Source of the DNA: a virus
Reading direction: 5' to 3' (one strand)
IMG/VR virus record: IMGVR_UViG_3300050821_004356
Coordinates: 1 to 64,000 of that record
Length of the DNA: 64,000 nucleotides
Shown one piece after another: positions 47,463-57,512 of the stretch. The notes under the pieces were generated by a model. The model had not been told where the DNA came from and made no database searches. It worked only from the letters and a program-made list of their open reading frames with translations. The stretch's first letter is position 1. Each line of letters begins with the position of its first letter. Both the position numbers and the translations under genes were made by a program.

Positions 47463-48400
47463 TGTAGTTCTGCGTCCATCATCATCTTTACTAATTCACG
47501 AAATTTGAATTTTGGTTCCCACCTGAGAATACGTTTTGCTTTCGATGGATCGCCGAGCAAGAGATCGACCTCTGTTGGACGATAGTATTTCGGGTCTATC
47601 GCGACATATGGACGCCAGTTCATACCAAGATAACCGAAAGCTTCATCGAGAAAATCTCGCACCGAATGCGTCTCACCGGTGGCGATAACGAAGTCATCCG
47701 GAGTCTGTTGCTGCATCATCAAATACATCGCTTCGACGTAGTCCCCGGCGAACCCCCAGTCACGTTTGGCATCCAAATTACCGAGAACAAGTTCGTTTTG
47801 AAGACAGCGCGATATGCGGACAGCTGCTTTAGCAATTTTTCGGGTCACGAATGTCTCGCCACGTCTCGGGCTTTCATGATTAAAGAGAATTCCATTGCAA
47901 GCAAAGGTACCGTATGCCTCGCGGTGATTTATTACTGTCCAATAAGCGAACTGTTTAGCGATGGCGTATGGGCTACGAGGATGAAACGGGACGGTCTCAT
48001 CAACAGCTGCCCCATAAATCCCACCGTATAATTCACTAGAGCTTGCTTGATAAAACTTAATGCCCTTCCCTTTAATAGCCTCTAGGATATTAAGAGTTCC
48101 TATAGCAGTGGATTCGGCCGTGTAAACCGGGATGTCGAACGAAACTCTAACATGCGATTGAGCGGCCAAGTGGTAGATTTCATCCGGCTTTACTGTGTTG
48201 ATGATATTCGTTGTCGAACTGCCATCAGTAACATCCCCATAATGCAAGTATAGGCGGTCGAATATGTGATCGATGCGCTCGGTATTAATGCTGCTCGACC
48301 GGCGGATGATACCATGCACATCGTAGCCTTTTGACAGTAATAGCTCGGCGAGGTACGATCCATCCTGACCTGTAATGCCAGTGATAAGAGCTCTCTTCAT
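47450..48400 (-). CDS. gmd: GDP-mannose 4,6-dehydratase
   Basis: [66 protein letters not shown]. Confidence 0.97.
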   Translation of the reverse strand: MKRALITGITGQDGSYLAELLLSKGYDVHGIIRRSSSINTERIDHIFDRLYLHYGDVTDGSSTTNIINTVKPDEIYHLAAQSHVRVSFDIPVYTAESTAIGTLNILEAIKGKGIKFYQASSSELYGGIYGAAVDETVPFHPRSPYAIAKQFAYWTVINHREAYGTFACNGILFNHESPRRGETFVTRKIAKAAVRISRCLQNELVLGNLDAKRDWGFAGDYVEAMYLMMQQQTPDDFVIATGETHSVRDFLDEAFGYLGMNWRPYVAIDPKYYRPTEVDLLLGDPSKAKRILRWEPKFKFRELVKMMMDAELQCNS

Positions 48401-49191
48401 AAGCGCACCCACCTATCGGGTATCAAATCCTTGGTGTCTGTTCCATTAACAAACCACTTCCTGGGGAATACGCAAACACGACCTGGGTAGGCTCCCGCCC
48501 AGTCATCACCTAACCACGCTCCCCACCAACTGAACGATGAATTTGCCCCGATGCCGTGACGGCAGCAAGACATCAGATACAAATCATCGTGCATTGACGA
48601 TCCTCGAAAACTAGCTATTTCTAAATCCGGAAAGAGGAGCTTACAGTAGTCAGGGTCGTCGCTGAATACATAAAATTTAGGATTTTGAACTTTCTCTCGA
48701 ACGTATTCAATCGCTCGTTGATAGTAATTCGTGTCCTCCAAATTGCCGTGAACCGCGCTTGTACTCGGGTTAGTGTAGTCCCCGCGCCTTACGTGGATAA
48801 AGACGCTTTCTTTTTCGGAGAGTGCGTTGCCGGTGCCAACTGTCAACGGACTAGGATCGGTTTTCAATGTCAGTTCTGTACGTATAAAATACGAATAGTC
48901 CTGGAAGTACTTTTCGCTTTGCCAATAGCCACAAAGATACGCGTTAGACGGTTGACCTAATGCTTTGCCATCAAAATTAAACGATGCTTCGGTGTATAGA
49001 CTAGTTGCACTAATCGGGTTGACAAGCGGGTTGACAAGCTCTTCGTTGACGTTGTATTTATCTAAGGCATAATCCCGGGTTGACCTCGCCCAATGAAACT
49101 GAACAGGCTCATTACGACGAAAAGACAACGCGCGGCCGAATGCGTACATGAACATCTGATTTCCTAAGCCGCCTGTCAATCGAACGATCAT
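48397..49191 (-). CDS. GT11 alpha-1,2-fucosyl/colitosyltransferase
   Basis: [39 protein letters not shown]. Confidence 0.92.
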   Translation of the reverse strand: MIVRLTGGLGNQMFMYAFGRALSFRRNEPVQFHWARSTRDYALDKYNVNEELVNPLVNPISATSLYTEASFNFDGKALGQPSNAYLCGYWQSEKYFQDYSYFIRTELTLKTDPSPLTVGTGNALSEKESVFIHVRRGDYTNPSTSAVHGNLEDTNYYQRAIEYVREKVQNPKFYVFSDDPDYCKLLFPDLEIASFRGSSMHDDLYLMSCCRHGIGANSSFSWWGAWLGDDWAGAYPGRVCVFPRKWFVNGTDTKDLIPDRWVRL

Positions 49192-49901
49192 GCTACCAGT
49201 ATCCCCTTCTTGAAAAGATTGTCAAAATCGCCACCGACCTCTGCGGTCATCTTCATATATTCCGGTTTGTACGGCATACTGACCTTTGGATAGTGTGATG
49301 TGCCTAAAACACCAGGTGTAAAATTTGTAGCCTTGAGCATGTGACTATCGATCATCGGTGCAAGCGTTTGACCCGTCTGAAGGTCTTCGGCCCAAAAAGT
49401 TGGCGGTGTAGAACCAACAACGTCGGCTGCCCTCCGACTTAAGAAATAGCCCCAACCGCCTGATGCCCAAGCCCTGCACTCTGGGTAGCTACCGTACGCG
49501 TCGGTATACGAAAACGGCGCGCCGCCAGGTAGTTGATTGTTTTTAAACCAACCTGCGTAGTCGTACCACTTAAAATCAGACATCAAAAATGCCCTCGCGT
49601 TGATATACGTATCTGTGTCGCAAAGGAAAACTCGCTCGAACGTCTTGCCCATAACCCATTGACATATGCGCCTGGTCTTGATGGGCAGCGATTCGTAGTC
49701 ATCCCGACAGTCGACGACCACTTCGTTTGAAACGTACCGACGGCAACGGCGGGTATCTTGCTGTGTCGGGTCAGTACCAACGAAGAAATAGGTCTCTACA
49801 CCGAGCGCCTTAAGGTCGCGAGCCCAAGTGGACCTAATTGCGTCGTGGTAGCCCCTGTCGAGGTCCTTGTGGCAGGATTTTACGCAGACGGCTAAGTTCA
49901 T
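49188..49901 (-). CDS. GT31/Fringe-like glycosyltransferase (paralogue 5)
   Basis: VKSC...TW, DDYESLPIK, FLCDTDT, DYAG, ASGGWGYFLS, AED. Confidence 0.8.
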   Translation of the reverse strand: MNLAVCVKSCHKDLDRGYHDAIRSTWARDLKALGVETYFFVGTDPTQQDTRRCRRYVSNEVVVDCRDDYESLPIKTRRICQWVMGKTFERVFLCDTDTYINARAFLMSDFKWYDYAGWFKNNQLPGGAPFSYTDAYGSYPECRAWASGGWGYFLSRRAADVVGSTPPTFWAEDLQTGQTLAPMIDSHMLKATNFTPGVLGTSHYPKVSMPYKPEYMKMTAEVGGDFDNLFKKGILVA

Positions 49902-50941
49902 CCTTGTCTCGATCTTGTGACGGCATCCATCGGCAATATGCTAGTTGCATCATAGATTGTTTTTCTAAACGCGTCGTTTGCTGCTTTTTCTACTTGCTTC
50001 TGACTTTCAAATAGAATGTCGTTTGCCAATTTCTGCATGTATGACGGACGACCTATAATCTGATCGACCAAGTCTCTACCTTCCTGCAAAGGTAATTGAA
50101 AACCGGCCGCATGAAGATGTCCACCCCCGTTCCTACGTTTAGCAATCGCTGAAACATCGATATCGCCAACCGAGCGCAACGAAAATTGAATCACGCCGTC
50201 ACCACGTTCGAACCAAGTGATCCCGACCTGCGATTCGTTCGCTAGTTCGTGTCCGATTTCAGAACAACTAATGTACTGAGCGTTTGCGATGCCTGCGGTC
50301 AGGCCGTCGATTGTGCCAGGCTGTCGATTCTTGACGACGTTGCCAACATAGTATTCGATTTGACGAAGAGCACCGGAGCCATACGTTACTGCCTCTTCGA
50401 TATTAATATTTGCTAGTGCGTCCCACGCTTCTACGGTATAGGGCTGGGTCATCAAATAGGCCGCAACCTCTTTTGCATTTGGTAGTGCGTTGCGCCATAA
50501 GTCGCGATCTTCGACGTAGTTCACCCACCACGGACGCTGGTGAGATGTGTTGGTCCAGCGGACACCATTCAATTCATAAGGCTCTGCTTGATTGCGGTCT
50601 TTGCCGAATAGGTAGTCCCACGCCAACCCTGCGCCTGATCTATTCATGTCGAACGTGGCGTAAGACACACCAGCCAGGTTTGCTTGAGCGGTCAGGTGAT
50701 GATCCAAAATTCTAAAAGACTTTGCGACAGACGCGAGATTATCATTCTCTAACCTCGTCCTGAAACTAAAGTCTGTCATCAATACGTCTTTGCCTCGAAG
50801 AGACTGAATCAAGGTGTCAATATATTCGGCCGATTTGCCGTGGTCGAGGAAAATCATCTCGGCCTCGGGGTACTTCTTTTTGGCGATGTAGGCGGCCGCG
50901 AAACCGTCGGGACAGCTTGCATGAGAAAGTATAACGTCCAT
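49898..50941 (-). CDS. DHH/DHHA1 family phosphoesterase
   Basis: H..CPDG, TDF, LDHH, DRDLW, FSLRS, GGGHLHAAG. Confidence 0.9.
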   Translation of the reverse strand: MDVILSHASCPDGFAAAYIAKKKYPEAEMIFLDHGKSAEYIDTLIQSLRGKDVLMTDFSFRTRLENDNLASVAKSFRILDHHLTAQANLAGVSYATFDMNRSGAGLAWDYLFGKDRNQAEPYELNGVRWTNTSHQRPWWVNYVEDRDLWRNALPNAKEVAAYLMTQPYTVEAWDALANINIEEAVTYGSGALRQIEYYVGNVVKNRQPGTIDGLTAGIANAQYISCSEIGHELANESQVGITWFERGDGVIQFSLRSVGDIDVSAIAKRRNGGGHLHAAGFQLPLQEGRDLVDQIIGRPSYMQKLANDILFESQKQVEKAANDAFRKTIYDATSILPMDAVTRSRQG

Positions 50942-51231
50942 TATTTTATAGCCTCCACATTTTCAATGCGCCTTATTCTCATTGTAGAATCTGGCGGCAA
51001 CACAACTCTAAACTTGATAAAACTAGAATCAGGGCAGTCGCAAACGTCTACCACCAAAATCTGTACACCGTCACAGCAAGGGCAGTTCGCAATCAGGGAT
51101 CGACTATTCCTAGGACCATCTTCGCGCATGCCGCCGCAAATGCAATCCCTCCAATCTTTAGTCGGCTGCGTATAGTTCTCAGGCTTAGCAAATAGATGTG
51201 TATGCTTTCCGATTAAATCTTCGTGTCCCAT
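50941..51231 (-). CDS. Cys-rich hypothetical protein
   Basis: Coupled ORF. Confidence 0.5.
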   Translation of the reverse strand: MGHEDLIGKHTHLFAKPENYTQPTKDWRDCICGGMREDGPRNSRSLIANCPCCDGVQILVVDVCDCPDSSFIKFRVVLPPDSTMRIRRIENVEAIK

Positions 51232-51405
51232 TGTTTACCCCTTAAGGTTCAAAATAAAATTTTTATCGAAAAACAGTGCCGGAACGCTTCCGAGTTCGGA
51301 ATGATTAATAGGTTCCGGTTTATAGGGACAAAACCAATCGTGCAATTTTATCAAGCTTAGTCCAATCAGCTTACCCAAACCTATCGCAGCTGTAACAGAG
51401 AGCAT

Positions 51406-51816
51406 TTAGAATTTCTTCCCGTTCTTTTTCTTTCGCTCTTTATCAGAGTGATCGGCGCGAGTAGCATTGTACGCCATTTTCTCAACGTACGCGCCACCCA
51501 GGTCGTAGCCGTGACCAGTCGCGTAATCTAGAATACGGATGAACGCGTCTGCTAATTCTACTTCTGCCATCTTTCTATGTGGCAATTTGTCATCCATCAA
51601 ATCCTTGCGCTCGCCTTCCATCGCTTCAGCGATCTCACTGACGATGAGCATCAATTGTTCGCCACGGTTGCGCTTAATACGTTTGCCTGTTTTAAGACTA
51701 ATCCACCACTTCCGATTGGCTGTATGTACCTCTGACCCTATCTTATTAATAAAATAGTGTGCGTTACCTTTGAATATTGCATCTAGGCATGTATCGTGAT
51801 GTAGCTCTTTAGGCAT
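51406..51816 (-). CDS. MazG-like nucleotide pyrophosphohydrolase
   Basis: LIVSEIAEAMEGERK...VELADAFIRILD...KMAYN..R. Confidence 0.85.
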   Translation of the reverse strand: MPKELHHDTCLDAIFKGNAHYFINKIGSEVHTANRKWWISLKTGKRIKRNRGEQLMLIVSEIAEAMEGERKDLMDDKLPHRKMAEVELADAFIRILDYATGHGYDLGGAYVEKMAYNATRADHSDKERKKKNGKKF

Positions 51817-52363
51817 TTTTTACCTCTTCCGTATCACCTACGGCCTTTGTCTTAGGCAACGGAAAGCCTTTTCTTTTTGAGCATTTATCCGCAAAAGTTT
51901 TATTCAAACCCAAAATTTCGGCTGCCAATTCGCGCGCGTCTTTCAAGTCTTCCTGCGTGTACTCGTCCGGGATCAGTTTACGAACCAACTCGATGAATTG
52001 CAGCTTACGCTTGCTCGGGTGCGGATTCTTACGTTTCTTAGCGAAGTAGGCAGCGCCAACGATTGACTTCGGTGTACCATTTTGCCCAGGCAGCGGAACT
52101 ATCGCGTATTGAATAGAAAATTCACCGGTCTCAACGTCTTCGTCGATCCATAGCTGCTTGAATTTCTGTTCGCACTTTTGGCTAGAGCGGTGACGGGAGC
52201 GGCACACTTGGCACTTAATCATTTTTCCGAGCTCAGGGTGTCGTTCGCTATAGCTACGAAGTCGTATAGCAGCGAGCGCGGCATCAGCTGCCAGGATAGC
52301 TTCGACACTAGCTTTAAAATCGAATTCTTCGACGACGTCTTGAACTTCAGGATTTTCGTTCAC
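51809..52363 (-). CDS. Hypothetical protein with Zn finger
   Basis: CQVC...H....C. Confidence 0.55.
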   Translation of the reverse strand: MNENPEVQDVVEEFDFKASVEAILAADAALAAIRLRSYSERHPELGKMIKCQVCRSRHRSSQKCEQKFKQLWIDEDVETGEFSIQYAIVPLPGQNGTPKSIVGAAYFAKKRKNPHPSKRKLQFIELVRKLIPDEYTQEDLKDARELAAEILGLNKTFADKCSKRKGFPLPKTKAVGDTEEVKNA

Positions 52364-52792
52364 TTAGGTGCCCCTTTTTCTTCTCTGATGAGGACAATAG
52401 CCGTAGTGTCCTTTAGAAAAATTACAGTTCATACAAAGAACCAGTAGTCCCAGATTCTTAGGAAAATTTAGTTTTTTAAGCCACCGATAAATACCGGCGG
52501 CTCCACCCGGTATAGACGCTCTGTGCCTTTGCCCGTCTCCCCGAGAGTGTTCCAGTGTAAGAAACTCAATATCCCGAGCTCTACAACAAACACAAACTCC
52601 ACCATAAGTGTTTATAACGAGTCGTTTAAGTTTTCGCCGCCCTTTTCTACCTTTCTCTCCGCATCGCCTGCACAATGACGCGCGTTTAGCAGAAATTTTT
52701 CTTATGCCGCACTCACCACACAGACCTAGTCTTTTCATCTTACGACGGTGCTTGGCGCTATACAGCTTTTGATTCGGGTCGCCCCGACTCAT
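52364..52792 (-). CDS. HNH endonuclease
   Basis: YGGVCVCC...FLTLEH..GDG..HR...LCMNCN..K...CPH. Confidence 0.8.
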   Translation of the reverse strand: MSRGDPNQKLYSAKHRRKMKRLGLCGECGIRKISAKRASLCRRCGEKGRKGRRKLKRLVINTYGGVCVCCRARDIEFLTLEHSRGDGQRHRASIPGGAAGIYRWLKKLNFPKNLGLLVLCMNCNFSKGHYGYCPHQRRKRGT

Positions 52793-53478
52793 ATCGTACG
52801 GCCGTAATCAAATCTTCGACCTTCGACTTTCCAATACCAACTTTTGTTCTTAGTGCCGTCCGAGAACGTAATCGACCCAGGTGGATAACTTTTTACTTCG
52901 TCTTTGGGTTCGGAAAGTCCAGGCGTTAAAACCTCTCCTGTTTTTTCGGTTCTTAGCCGAGCACCCATTAAACATCTGTTCAAGGGGCCAAACCACGCCA
53001 GCGACTCTTGGATCATGACTTCGTATTCCTTTATGCGTTCTACAGCATATTTGAGATCGTCCACGAAGGCGCGTATGATGTGTTTTTTTTCTATCGTCGC
53101 TACGCGAGGCGTTTTGGCCCGCGTGTTCCTCCGATACTTCTTATTCTTCACGTCTACTGACATCTGACTCATTAAAACGATGTCATTATTGTACGTTTCT
53201 ATTTCTCTTAGACCATTGACTTTGCCTGAACCGGCGCACAACGCGCAGTTCTTTTTCTCGACGTCCGTCATAGCTTCGCAAAAGGAACAATCTTCGATCA
53301 CTTCTACCGGCGTGCGCTTGACTACAACCCATTTGGCCTGATTCGTCTTAATCAGTTCGTTGGCGTACGCATATTCGACCATCTTCTTACAACGGCACTT
53401 CGGGGCTGGCGGGGCCGATTCGCCCGTTGCGACCATCTCTTGCCCTAAACAGCCTTGGTGCATCTTCACTTTCTTCAT
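52789..53478 (-). CDS. Hypothetical protein with DnaJ-type CxxCxGxG motif
   Basis: CSFC...CALCAGSGK. Confidence 0.55.
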   Translation of the reverse strand: MKKVKMHQGCLGQEMVATGESAPPAPKCRCKKMVEYAYANELIKTNQAKWVVVKRTPVEVIEDCSFCEAMTDVEKKNCALCAGSGKVNGLREIETYNNDIVLMSQMSVDVKNKKYRRNTRAKTPRVATIEKKHIIRAFVDDLKYAVERIKEYEVMIQESLAWFGPLNRCLMGARLRTEKTGEVLTPGLSEPKDEVKSYPPGSITFSDGTKNKSWYWKVEGRRFDYGRTI

Positions 53479-53481
53479 TTT

Positions 53482-53889
53482 TTATGGGGTCCGACTGCTT
53501 ACTTTCCTTTGGAGGGGTGTTTTAGGGGCATAACCCCGGGTTCTGGTGCCAGAGCCGTCGGCTCTTTTGCCTTTTGAAGCTCTATAAATGCTTCTAATCA
53601 CACCTTTTATTCTCTCTTCTGTGCTCCCTAGCTCTTCTGCTATTTGCGACCGAGTATACCCCATTCTAAAGTAAAGATGTATAACAGTAGCCCAGCGTCC
53701 AGCTGCCTCCCGTTGATTATCATTACTAGCTAGCTTAGGAAATGATTGCAAGAGCAACCCTCGAATAAACTTGTCGTCCTTCGTCCAACCCGGCGCAGTA
53801 CGTTTATAAGTACGAGCGCCCACTGTTTGGTGTCCACCGTTTAAAAAAGATTCATTCCTATCTAATGATCGCCTCAATTGAGAATTCAT
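53482..53889 (-). CDS. Sigma70 region 4-like HTH protein
   Basis: VIHLYFRMGYTRSQIAEELGSTEERIK. Confidence 0.7.
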   Translation of the reverse strand: MNSQLRRSLDRNESFLNGGHQTVGARTYKRTAPGWTKDDKFIRGLLLQSFPKLASNDNQREAAGRWATVIHLYFRMGYTRSQIAEELGSTEERIKGVIRSIYRASKGKRADGSGTRTRGYAPKTPLQRKVSSRTP

Positions 53890-54200
53890 AGACCTGACCT
53901 TAATATTTTGAGAATCTCTTCTTTGTTCTCATGGCCTTTTAAATCCTTTGCCGCGTTTTTCAACTTGGTTTCTTTTGCTTTACTAGCATAGAGAGGAGCG
54001 CGCGGTAGCTTTTTACGACTTGAATATCCGCCTCTCCAGTAAACGATAGGGTCTGTTCCTCTATTGCCAGATTGACTGGTTCCGTCGAGCCCACTTCGCC
54101 CTGGTAGGTTTTCTTCAAACTGCTGCTCTTGAAAAAACACGTCTTGTGGTGCCGGTGGGCAAATCGTTATCTTTATATTCTTACTCATCTGCTCCTCCAT
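53886..54200 (-). CDS. Hypothetical protein
   Basis: Coupled ORF. Confidence 0.5.
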   Translation of the reverse strand: MEEQMSKNIKITICPPAPQDVFFQEQQFEENLPGRSGLDGTSQSGNRGTDPIVYWRGGYSSRKKLPRAPLYASKAKETKLKNAAKDLKGHENKEEILKILRSGL

Positions 54201-55386
54201 CGTCCTCTTTGAAAAGGTCGTCCAAACTACTGTCGTCGGATTTCGTGAAATTCTGCTGTTTGAACATTTCGTCTTTCAACACGAAGGCTCTAAAATACGG
54301 ATCGGCGCTATCGTCGTGGGGATATCTGACTGAGTACTTGTTCGGATAAGACTTCCTGTGCCAAGCGTTCACGATATTAATAATCTGCTGACCGGCTATT
54401 TCTCCTGCGTCATCTGCGCTTTCCTTTGTAACAAATCCAGCGTTGAATTGCAAGCGTTGTTTTGTTAAAACGTCTACCGAGACTCGGGCTCCGAATTGTG
54501 CCAACCACGCGTCTCTGCGTTCCTTGGCCACTTTAGTTTGGTCGGTCTTACCGTCTGCCTTCTTACCTTGTGCTCGCTCCATATCTTCAATTAACGAATC
54601 GTTAGCAACAAGAATAGCGTGGTCTTCGTCCATTTGAGCTATGACTGCCTCTTGTCCTGCTTTGAAGATACCAGCGTCTTCCAAGAGTGTAACCGAATAA
54701 CCTTTTTGAAGAGTATGGGCCTTCTTGACGAAAGTCAAAAGTGCGACGTCTCGGATACCGGTTTGCCAGCTGTAGCGTCGAAGCTGGGTATCATAAGCGG
54801 CGATGCCGTACGCTTCCGGAAAGTCCACACCAGATGTTTTGATATCAATAATTATTGGGCGTAGTGGGCCGTATTCTGGTTTCCAAATCAATTTAGGCAA
54901 TAGTGGATGGTTCGGATCGACGTATGAGACAATGTCGAGTTTTCCCATATCTGTAATCTCACCATAAAGTGGGTCGCCTGGGAACACCTCTTTTTCAAAT
55001 TCTTTTTGAAACAGCGTGGCACCGCCTAGAGGAATCGGCAACTCAGGCTGACGGATGATGTAGAGCTTAATCATCTCGATGCCAGTCTTGTACAGCGTGG
55101 GCCAATCTTTTTCAACTTTCGTATATTGAAGTTCTTTATTGGGCGCGTGAACCTGCCACTTCTCTATAAAGTGTTGAACCGCGCCTGTGCCGTCGTGTTC
55201 GTGATGCCATTGCACGGCCTCTTCGATGGCCTTACCAAACTCGAATCTGGCGCGGTTGTTCTTTTCACGCCAACCCTCGATTTTTTGAAGATAATATCCA
55301 TATGGCGACCTGTCGTAGGTGTTGCCCGCGCTGTAACTGTGACGTCTCCACGGTTGGCCTTTAGCATTGATATAGAGAAAAGCCAT
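54181..55386 (-). CDS. PD-(D/E)XK exonuclease (AddB/Cas4-like)
   Basis: HSYS...YY, FGKAI, E, GKLD, IIDIKTS, QLRRY. Confidence 0.8.
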   Translation of the reverse strand: MAFLYINAKGQPWRRHSYSAGNTYDRSPYGYYLQKIEGWREKNNRARFEFGKAIEEAVQWHHEHDGTGAVQHFIEKWQVHAPNKELQYTKVEKDWPTLYKTGIEMIKLYIIRQPELPIPLGGATLFQKEFEKEVFPGDPLYGEITDMGKLDIVSYVDPNHPLLPKLIWKPEYGPLRPIIIDIKTSGVDFPEAYGIAAYDTQLRRYSWQTGIRDVALLTFVKKAHTLQKGYSVTLLEDAGIFKAGQEAVIAQMDEDHAILVANDSLIEDMERAQGKKADGKTDQTKVAKERRDAWLAQFGARVSVDVLTKQRLQFNAGFVTKESADDAGEIAGQQIINIVNAWHRKSYPNKYSVRYPHDDSADPYFRAFVLKDEMFKQQNFTKSDDSSLDDLFKEDDGGADE

Positions 55387-55658
55387 CAGCTGTTCCTCGG
55401 GTCAGTGAAAGTGAAGCGGCCATCGATTCTGTTTTCCTCGTAGTTGTGGCCTTCGTAATAGATTTCATCATAACCATCGGCATCGGCGTCGTCAAAGTCA
55501 GCTTGTAGCCACCGCTCGAATTCGCCTTCCATTCCAACCTCTACGAAGTAGTCGTGCCCGCTATCGTCCGACTGAATCGAGTAGCGACGCTCCGCTGGCT
55601 TGGCTGGTCGTTGACCCGACCGGAGTCGAGTCCTGTTGCCCTTTTGCCCTATTCTCAT
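55386..55658 (-). CDS. Hypothetical protein
   Basis: DDSGHDY...FTFTDP; overlaps the helicase 3' end. Confidence 0.5.
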   Translation of the reverse strand: MRIGQKGNRTRLRSGQRPAKPAERRYSIQSDDSGHDYFVEVGMEGEFERWLQADFDDADADGYDEIYYEGHNYEENRIDGRFTFTDPRNS

Positions 55659-57276
55659 AATGTTTTATCTCCCCTTGAAAATCATTTAAAAATTCGCTGC
55701 GTACCGTGTCAAAACTTATGTGCAAATTATCAGCTGCGCGCGAGCAAGCGACGAAGAAAATTCGCTTTTCTTCTAATATCTCGCCATCTTTGTGCGGCAT
55801 CATACCTTGCTTACATCCGATTACGAAAACGTTCTTGTATTCTCTTCCCTTAGCTTGGTGGACTGTTGTCAAGGTCAAGGTCGGATTCTTGTCGCGATGT
55901 TCGTAGCTCGGGGACTTAGCTGCCTCGCAAGCGTACGTCAGTTTACGCAACCAGTCCAAAAATTCCTTCACGGTGCCACGGTTCGCAGATAGCTTGACGA
56001 TATCAGCTAGGTTCTCGACGGGCGGCTTTTCGTTTGGCCCGCCGGTGTTTCGATATATGTGCGTCAAGTTGTTTACGCGCATCTGCTCTTCCATCACATC
56101 GTAAGCCTTGCGACCGGAGTCTTTGAACTTCTTGGTCAGTTCGAGTAGGTGCTTAACCTCGTCTTTCTGCCAAAGGTCTTTCTGACCTAGGATCATCGTT
56201 TTGATCCCGAGCGCCATAGCAGCTTTTTGAAAGGTGCGAAGCTGACGGTTTGTGCGAGCAATGATCGCGGTGTTGTTAAAATCTTTCGATTCGTTTATTT
56301 GATACAATACGTGGACAACCTCTTGGAGATCGTCATCATACTGAGTGAAGGACGGGTCTATTCCCCACTCTCGCATTGACACCATATGGCTAGCAAGTCC
56401 GTTGTCGACAGGGATGATTTTTTTGAGGAAGGCCACGATAGCGCCTGTGCTGCGGTAATTGTTTCCGAGATATAACGTAGTAGCTCCGGGGAAATGGGTG
56501 GCAAAGTTAGTAAGGTTGCCAGCCACAGCACTGCGCCATTCGTAGATGAGTTGGTTTTCGTCTCCCACCACGAATATATTCCCACCGTAGAGAAGTTGTA
56601 GCAGCCTGAACTGGACAACGTCGGTGTCTTGACATTCGTCCACGCATATGTACTTTCGTATATATCGAGATCGTACCTCATCGTTCGTCTCCAACAGCTT
56701 CACTGTTTCGTCCATCAAACTCGAAAAGTCCAGCCAGCCTTGTTCGCGACATTTCTTTTCATAGTCACGGTAAGCAGCCGCGTAAAAGAACATGCTTCCC
56801 TTCTTAGTGGTGTCGCAATACGTGTCTTCTATCGCTTGCTCCGGACTGATATTAGATGCCTTCCACTCGGCTATCTTATCTCTCAACGAACGAAAAGATG
56901 TGATCGCTGGGTACATCTTCATCAAATCTCTGAGCAGCTGAAAGTCCTGGCCGTAACTCGGAAGCACGAACTCGCCGACCTTGAACGGTAGATGCTGCTT
57001 TTCTTTCATAATGATATCTAGAGCCAGCGAGTGAAACGTCCTAAAGACTTTCTCCGCTCCAAATAGACCGACTTTCTCGACCATATTTTTTGCTGCTTCG
57101 TTCGTAAAAGTTAAGTTCAAGATATCCGTTGATGGGATTCGATGTTTGGATATCATATCCAGGTATCGGCGAATCAAGACGGTAGTCTTGCCTGATCCCG
57201 GGCCTGCAATCGTAACTACGTTGCCGCTGATTGCGTCAGCGCAAGTCTGTTGGTCATTGTCTAGCGAATGAATCAA
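55561..57276 (-). CDS. UvrD/PcrA superfamily 1 helicase
   Basis: AGPGSGKT, LTFTN, TFHS, VDECQD, VGDENQ.IY.WR, NYRS, ARTN, TVHQAKG.E, EE.R.FFVA.SRA. Confidence 0.95.
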   Translation of the reverse strand: MIHSLDNDQQTCADAISGNVVTIAGPGSGKTTVLIRRYLDMISKHRIPSTDILNLTFTNEAAKNMVEKVGLFGAEKVFRTFHSLALDIIMKEKQHLPFKVGEFVLPSYGQDFQLLRDLMKMYPAITSFRSLRDKIAEWKASNISPEQAIEDTYCDTTKKGSMFFYAAAYRDYEKKCREQGWLDFSSLMDETVKLLETNDEVRSRYIRKYICVDECQDTDVVQFRLLQLLYGGNIFVVGDENQLIYEWRSAVAGNLTNFATHFPGATTLYLGNNYRSTGAIVAFLKKIIPVDNGLASHMVSMREWGIDPSFTQYDDDLQEVVHVLYQINESKDFNNTAIIARTNRQLRTFQKAAMALGIKTMILGQKDLWQKDEVKHLLELTKKFKDSGRKAYDVMEEQMRVNNLTHIYRNTGGPNEKPPVENLADIVKLSANRGTVKEFLDWLRKLTYACEAAKSPSYEHRDKNPTLTLTTVHQAKGREYKNVFVIGCKQGMMPHKDGEILEEKRIFFVACSRAADNLHISFDTVRSEFLNDFQGEIKHYENRAKGQQDSTPVGSTTSQASGASLLDSVGR

Positions 57277-57512
57277 TGTACTTCGCTCACTAGAGAATTA
57301 ATAGACTGGCCCTTCGCGCGCTTCTCTTCGCACAACTTTACCAATGATTCGTATAGCTCAAGTTTATGAGCGTCGGTACAATTACCGAAATTAACAACCA
57401 TCGGCTCCGGATCGCCTGCGAACGCAAAGCCGCATATAACGACCTTGTGCCGGTTGGCTAAGCGTAAGAGCTCTTCTACTGCGGTGTGAACTAACTGTTG
57501 TTCTGGACTCAA
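57273..57512 (-). CDS. Hypothetical protein
   Basis: Coupled ORF. Confidence 0.55.
   Translation of the reverse strand: MSPEQQLVHTAVEELLRLANRHKVVICGFAFAGDPEPMVVNFGNCTDAHKLELYESLVKLCEEKRAKGQSINSLVSEVH

Noticed and set aside
54181-55386. Cas4/CRISPR system
   Set aside because: No repeat-spacer array or other cas genes seen; the context (UvrD, annealing protein) indicates a recombination exonuclease.
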